DNA of 64,000 nt from a virus (lineage: Duplodnaviria > Caudoviricetes), in IMG/VR virus record IMGVR_UViG_2901201504_000001, positions 64,001-128,000 of that record; one strand, given 5' to 3'. Shown piece after piece: positions 59,359 through 64,000 of the stretch. Position 1 is the first letter of the stretch, and every line of letters begins with the position of its first letter. A model generated the notes under the pieces. It ran no database searches and was not told the origin of the DNA. It saw nothing but the letters and a program-made list of their open reading frames with translations. The position numbers and the translations under genes were made by a program.

Positions 59359-60030
59359 TTATGTTAATGGTATAGGGTCTTGATTAGAGTTATGTAGGAA
59401 TTTGCCTTTAGATAATCTAAATAACTTAGCAGAATTAATCACACTTGGTATTCCGTTTGGACATAAATGATATGAGTATTTTTTACTTTTAAGATAGCTT
59501 TTGTACTTATCAGCTTTACCTAGAAAAGCAAATCCTTGAATGGATTCTACATAGCTATGGATAGTATTTAATATGAATTGATATTCTTCTACATCTTCGA
59601 TATTATCTGGTATTCCACCTGTACATAAGAAAATATAATCAACTTCAGCAATTTGATCATGAATAAGACTTAAATTTTCTAATACTTTTCGATAATAATA
59701 TGACGATGAAATACTCTTAACTTTTTTTAATGTTTCATATAACTTTACTGAACATGATTCATAATATGGATAAACATTAACTACCCTAAATTCACCAATT
59801 TTGTAACTTGTTAAATCGTGATAAGCAACATGAGCACACTTGTTAATAGTTTTATCTGAGATGCTTTTATTAGCTGTACTTGGATTCATTAAAATAAAAA
59901 GAATCTTCTTTGAAAAACTATTATTTAACTTTGCTTTTAGGAGTGTTCGACATCTCACATCCGTATTTTTTAGTCGTTTAACACTACAGTTTGTTGGTGT
60001 AATAACATAACTGGGGTAAGTTTCACTCAT
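59359..60030 (-). CDS. DUF1643-domain protein (paralog 1)
   Basis: LFILMNPSTAN...DKTINKC...VVNVYP. Confidence 0.75.
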   Translation of the reverse strand: MSETYPSYVITPTNCSVKRLKNTDVRCRTLLKAKLNNSFSKKILFILMNPSTANKSISDKTINKCAHVAYHDLTSYKIGEFRVVNVYPYYESCSVKLYETLKKVKSISSSYYYRKVLENLSLIHDQIAEVDYIFLCTGGIPDNIEDVEEYQFILNTIHSYVESIQGFAFLGKADKYKSYLKSKKYSYHLCPNGIPSVINSAKLFRLSKGKFLHNSNQDPIPLT

Positions 60031-60145
60031 TATTAATCATCCCTCTCTTATTCTAATTATAGCATATTGTCATTTTATAATTGAGAAGGAAATAAAATCA
60101 GGTTTTTAATCAAAAAAAAGAGTGAAGGTTAATCACTCTTGAGGT

Positions 60146-60859
60146 TTATTGTGGTTGAGTTAGCGGCATTCTATAGTGATTTTCTATTTGTACTAATCTT
60201 CCTTTAGATATTTTAAACCTTTGAGCGGTGTTAATTACATTAGGGGTACCACTAGGGCATAAATGATAAGAATACTTATCATTTTTAACAAAACTTTTGT
60301 ATTTATCGGATTTAGCTAAAAAGGCAGCACCATGAATAGATTCTACATAGCTATGAATAGTATCAATTAGAAATTCGTATTCATCTACATCAACAATATT
60401 ATCAGGTATTCCACCTGTACATAAGAAAACATAATCAGATTCAACAATTTGATCATGAATAAGATTTAAATTTGCAAATAGTTTTTTGTAATAATAAGCT
60501 GACGAGATGCTTTTTACAGAATTCAAAACCTTATGCAATTTAGTAGAACCAGAAAGAAAGAATGGATAAACATTTACGATACTAAATGTTCCAATTTTAT
60601 AGTTACTTAAATCATTAAAGGCTACATGAGCGCATTTATTAACAGTACTATCAGACACATCACTATTAGCTACACTAGGATTCATTAAAATAAAAAGTAT
60701 TTTTTTGGCATACCTGTTATTTAGCTGTGCAGTAAGTATCGTTCTGCTTTTAACTTTGGAATTCTTTATTCTTTTAGTGTCACAATTTGTTATTGATTTT
60801 ACATAACTAGGATAAGTTTCAGTCAAATAATCAACCCTCTCTTTTAATAAGTATAACAT
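60146..60859 (-). CDS. DUF1643-domain protein (paralog 2)
   Basis: LFILMNPSVAN...DSTVNKC...IVNVYP; likely start TTG near 60826. Confidence 0.75.
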   Translation of the reverse strand: MLYLLKERVDYLTETYPSYVKSITNCDTKRIKNSKVKSRTILTAQLNNRYAKKILFILMNPSVANSDVSDSTVNKCAHVAFNDLSNYKIGTFSIVNVYPFFLSGSTKLHKVLNSVKSISSAYYYKKLFANLNLIHDQIVESDYVFLCTGGIPDNIVDVDEYEFLIDTIHSYVESIHGAAFLAKSDKYKSFVKNDKYSYHLCPSGTPNVINTAQRFKISKGRLVQIENHYRMPLTQPQ

Positions 60860-61014
60860 ACTAATTAGCTATCTTAGAATAACGGATGAAATAGGGCTAT
60901 TAAATAGAAGGGAATATAAATGAAACAAAGAATGAGAAGTAAAAATATTGAATGAGGCAAACATAATAAAATCTATCTTTTATGGGGTAAAAAAAGAAGC
61001 CCTACAAGGCTTCC

Positions 61015-61758
61015 TTACTCATAAATAACATTATATTGAATATCATATTGAATATCATAAGCTTTCCAATTAGACTTAGGTTCTTTTACTAAGTAGAAAT
61101 ATTTCCAATGTGCGTAATTGATTTCATTCTCTTGGAAGAATTGAGATATTACCATATATTCCGTACCTTTTTTAGTATAGAAACTATACTCTGGTTTTGA
61201 TGTTTCATATTGCAAATACCAGTCGAATTCTACAAATGCAAAAGTTAGACTGTCTGTGTCTTTAAGTCTATAAAGTTGATTTCCTTTTGAGTCTTTCCCG
61301 GCTGGCCACATTTCTGTCTTGAAATACATATCTAAGTATCCTTTAGTAAATGCTGGTGACATAGATTTATAAAACTGTTGTTTAGTCTGTGGCTTTGATA
61401 AAGCTTTATTCTCAATTGCTAAGATGCGTTCATTAGCTTTTTTAACACTATTAAGAGAAGTAGTCTTATAGAATCTCACATGATCTGATGAAATATAACC
61501 TTTTCCTTTACCATATTGAATTGTTGTCCAGCCTGTTTTACTTTGACCATAGGATTTTACTTTATCGCTTCGTTTTAAAGTACCGATAACTTTAGCATTT
61601 TTACTTGGAGCATTTCGTACATTAAGTTTTCCACTAGTAATATCAATAGTACCTGTCTGAGGTGAAGCTGCAGAGACTTCGATATTACTTAAAGGAAAGA
61701 TAAATGAGACAATTAATGCTAATGCAATGGAAATTTTAAGTAATCTAGTATTTTTCAT
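61015..61758 (-). CDS. Secreted bacterial SH3-domain protein
   Basis: Signal peptide; LNVRNAPSKNAKVIGTL...GW...GKGYIS; RBS AAGGAGG. Confidence 0.85.
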   Translation of the reverse strand: MKNTRLLKISIALALIVSFIFPLSNIEVSAASPQTGTIDITSGKLNVRNAPSKNAKVIGTLKRSDKVKSYGQSKTGWTTIQYGKGKGYISSDHVRFYKTTSLNSVKKANERILAIENKALSKPQTKQQFYKSMSPAFTKGYLDMYFKTEMWPAGKDSKGNQLYRLKDTDSLTFAFVEFDWYLQYETSKPEYSFYTKKGTEYMVISQFFQENEINYAHWKYFYLVKEPKSNWKAYDIQYDIQYNVIYE

Positions 61759-61918
61759 GTTTTCCTCCTTGATAATTAGTTTTACCAATACAATTATATC
61801 AATCTATATTGGAAAATTACGAGAATAATACAAAATTCCGAAAATAAAATTAAGTATATGGAAAAGTAGTTTATAAATGGTGTAAGAGGTGTAATGAATA
61901 AATATCATTTAGAAGAGG

Positions 61919-62254
61919 GTGAATAATATGGAAGTTAATTTAGAATATTTAGTTGGAGATGAGGTTATTGTAAAGACAAGCAAGCTTAAAGGTAAGATTG
62001 TACAGAGAAAAGTAACAATAACAGACACTGGATTTAAAACGTATTTTATTGAAATGTATCAAATTAAATATGTAACTAGGCCTTATCAACCATTGGAATG
62101 GGTGAATGTAGACAGAATTGAATTAGATAAGGTTAATAATGAGCTATCGGATGAATATGGAGTATTAAGCGTTATTATCGATGTTAATTTGTTACAAGGG
62201 TATCGTAATGATGAAATGGTTAAAATGTATAATGAGATGAGGAATACTCTTTGA
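61919..62254 (+). CDS. Hypothetical phage protein
   Basis: SH3-like VGDEV N-terminus; IDEAL-like tail. Confidence 0.65.
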   Translation: MNNMEVNLEYLVGDEVIVKTSKLKGKIVQRKVTITDTGFKTYFIEMYQIKYVTRPYQPLEWVNVDRIELDKVNNELSDEYGVLSVIIDVNLLQGYRNDEMVKMYNEMRNTL

Positions 62255-62448
62255 AACCAGTGATTAGTGATGAGAAACGTGATCGGCTATATGATTGTCA
62301 TAGAAATATTGAAGATGCACTAGATATGGTACATAGTAGATTTGAAGAAATTGATTTACCAAGTGATGAATATAATTCTATTAACGAGCTATTTAATGAT
62401 GTATATTTTAAGCTGAAAGATTTATATGAAGAAATTTACTTTTCTTAA
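62251..62448 (+). CDS. Hypothetical protein
   Basis: Overlapping start; RBS GAGG. Confidence 0.6.
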   Translation: MKPVISDEKRDRLYDCHRNIEDALDMVHSRFEEIDLPSDEYNSINELFNDVYFKLKDLYEEIYFS

Positions 62449-62457
62449 AAATAACAC

Positions 62458-62486
62458 TTGATAAAAGTTAAATAATATAATATAGT
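62458..62486 (+). promoter_or_regulatory. sigmaA promoter
   Basis: TTGATA-17 bp-TATAGT. Confidence 0.55.
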
Positions 62487-62526
62487 AATAATACAAAAGT
62501 TAATTAATTAAAAAAGAGGTGATAAT

Positions 62527-62823
62527 ATGAAACTCACATTAGACGATAGATTTCGAGTATATAGTGATCCTAGAAATTTCATCCTAGAGAAATTAGAGGA
62601 TGTTAAAGACAGGAAAACAGGGGATGTTAAACAAGAATGGAAAACTGTTGGCTTTTTTGGAAGGTTTGAACATTTACTCAATACATACAAAAACGAGAGT
62701 ATTAGAAATATGGAAGATACTTCTCTAAGTGAAATTGAGAAATTGTATCTAAAATTAGATCAAACAATAAAAGATGTAGTAAAAAGGGAGAATATAACGC
62801 TTGAGTTACATAAGACACTGTGA
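62527..62823 (+). CDS. Conserved phage protein (DUF5405-like)
   Basis: SDPRNFIL...KTG...WKTVGFF. Confidence 0.65.
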   Translation: MKLTLDDRFRVYSDPRNFILEKLEDVKDRKTGDVKQEWKTVGFFGRFEHLLNTYKNESIRNMEDTSLSEIEKLYLKLDQTIKDVVKRENITLELHKTL

Positions 62824-63001
62824 TGTTTGTAAAGAATATAATCCAGACATAAACCATGTTGTTAGAATTTCAGATGATAAAAATTACCATGAGATTAATG
62901 GTCATGAAGATTGTATTAATAAATTGCACACTAAACTCAAATCATTAGACATTGATAAGCTAAGTGTAGACAAGGTTATCAAGTTAATAAAAATTAATTA
63001 A
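62801..63001 (+). CDS. Small zinc-binding protein
   Basis: CDVC...GHEDC. Confidence 0.6.
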   Translation: MSYIRHCDVCKEYNPDINHVVRISDDKNYHEINGHEDCINKLHTKLKSLDIDKLSVDKVIKLIKIN

Positions 63002-63193
63002 ATTAAAATAAAATACAGTTTTTATTAAGGGGTGTATGAGATGAATTTGAAATTAAGGTTGAAGACTCAAGACATTATCAAGTTATTATTTGGAAGGAGT
63101 TTCCTGATAAAGGATCAATATAATAATTTAATTTATCGAGTTCAGAAAGGTCATGATACATATATTACAAAACAATAAAGCAAAGGAGGAGAA

Positions 63194-63400
63194 ATGATGC
63201 CTAGCTATAATGATACTGAAATAAATAAAGAAGAGTTTGAGTCATTTATAAGTGCTGAAAGCTGTTATCAAATCGGTGTGCCAATTGCAGATAGAGTAAA
63301 TTATCATTCGAATGAAACGGATGTGATAATAGCTTATAAATGTTTTGGTGGCTTAAATGGAAAATACCATGAATCTTATTACATTAGAACATACAAATAA
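63194..63400 (+). CDS. Hypothetical protein
   Basis: RBS AGGAGG; stop lies in palindrome 63397. Confidence 0.65.
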   Translation: MMPSYNDTEINKEEFESFISAESCYQIGVPIADRVNYHSNETDVIIAYKCFGGLNGKYHESYYIRTYK

Positions 63401-63436
63401 AACGCAGCTTTTATTAATTGAAACGGAGGTTTTACA

Positions 63437-63607
63437 ATGAAAACTATTATGGAAGAGATAAAAGAAGAATTAGACAACATCAACAGAATTGCAAACAATA
63501 CTCCAGAAGACAGTGAAGCAGAAGATTTGAATTCATGTATTTCAGATATGATGAATGCAATTGATGACTTAAAATCTACCATTGATATGAAATATCCGAA
63601 AATCTAA
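63437..63607 (+). CDS. 56-aa hypothetical protein (not in the ORF track)
   Basis: RBS GGAGG; between palindromes 63397 and 63607. Confidence 0.6.
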   Translation: MKTIMEEIKEELDNINRIANNTPEDSEAEDLNSCISDMMNAIDDLKSTIDMKYPKI

Positions 63608-63653
63608 TAAAATTCACTTTTTAAATGGTCTTAAATAGAAAGGAGAGTCACAT

Positions 63654-63836
63654 ATGAGCAATTTAAAAAAGTTTCTAGAAGAGTTGGATTTATTATCAAG
63701 AAAACACGGTGTTTGGATTGACACTAGTCAGATATCTGAATCAGTAGATTTAATTGATGAAGACTTGCGTGTAATTGCAGGTGGTCTGTATTGTGATGAT
63801 GATACTCAGGAATATCTAGTAAAGGAAGAATTTTAA
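63654..63836 (+). CDS. Hypothetical phage protein
   Basis: RBS AAAGGAG. Confidence 0.65.
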   Translation: MSNLKKFLEELDLLSRKHGVWIDTSQISESVDLIDEDLRVIAGGLYCDDDTQEYLVKEEF

Positions 63837-64000
63837 ATCAATAATGTTATCCGACAAACTCTAGGGGGGTGATCTTATGAAGCCAATGAAGAGTATCAAG
63901 GTTAAATACCATTCCTACATGAGAGATTTCTATTCAAAAGAAAATTATTTTCATAATGATATGAAAGTCATTTACCATGATATGAGATTACAAAGGCTTA

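Larger units (their letters stand above)
3318..63624 (+). repeat. Dispersed 18-bp palindrome ATAAAA-N6-TTTTAW at gene boundaries (about 50 copies)
   Basis: Perfect copies start at 3318, 6501, 9176, 20329, 21437, 23697, 24063, 24275, 25772, 30476, 31743, 33952, 34326, 36792, 37100, 38170, 38443, 42843, 54833, 57063, 59282, 60092, 60966, 63008, 63397, 63607. Copies with 1-2 mismatches start at 4837, 5063, 6841, 7648, 14353, 14789, 15944, 17688, 18077, 19715, 20082, 21984, 22584, 22844, 23238, 23377, 32553, 33150, 33738, 35031, 37548, 38848, 44134, 46376, 57020, 57842. Confidence 0.9.
1..64000. mobile_element. SPbeta-like temperate phage/prophage, early/regulatory/replication region (both ends outside the window)
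   Basis: aimR-aimP-aimX; tyrosine recombinase / DndB-like / recombinase-fold repressor / XRE module; YopX; yorE-J-like replication operon; 3D-domain gene; dense short co-oriented ORFs; AT-rich. Confidence 0.93.

Noticed and set aside
723-63582. Numerous short ORFs overlapping long genes (e.g. 723-905, 16376-16819, 27192-27443, 46502-46789, 52787-53044, 54041-54289, 63379-63582)
   Set aside because: Shadow or out-of-frame ORFs with no RBS or recognisable motif
3318-63624. N6 palindrome as a CRISPR repeat or intrinsic terminator
   Set aside because: Spacing is gene-sized and irregular, and the centre varies; the all-AT 6-bp stem is too weak for a terminator and true GC hairpins occur separately
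1-64000. Stop-codon recoding (TGA reassigned)
   Set aside because: Only one clean in-frame TGA was found; many genes end normally at TGA

Overview
The whole window is part of a large, AT-rich SPbeta-like temperate phage or prophage of a Bacillaceae host, covering the early, regulatory and replication region. No structural genes, att sites, rRNA, tRNA or CRISPR array were seen. Recognisable modules: (1) an orphan MazF toxin; (2) a type II Thoeris pair (TM-macro ThsA plus TIR ThsB); (3) an arbitrium locus with aimR, an aimP missed by the ORF track (ending ...AARPPMGG) and a MazE-like aimX; (4) an RNA/DNA repair cluster with an RNA ligase interrupted by an in-frame TGA, PNK-HD, RNase H, nucleotidyltransferase and ATP-dependent DNA ligase; (5) the yopP/yopQ/yopR(mrpR)/yopS-like lysogeny module; (6) a yorE-yorJ-like replication operon with a PD-(D/E)XK nuclease and family B polymerase where SPbeta has RecJ/DnaE; (7) methyltransferases and many small accessory genes. 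The most striking unannotated structure is an 18-bp palindrome, ATAAAA-N6-TTTTAW, found about 50 times at gene boundaries (26 perfect copies by eye). It cuts the accessory regions into units of one or a few genes and was not seen inside the core operons. Together with a catalytically intact tyrosine recombinase, this suggests an integron-like gene-cassette array in a phage; that interpretation is an inference. Several lesions suggest a partly decaying prophage. All family assignments are from remembered motifs, not database searches.
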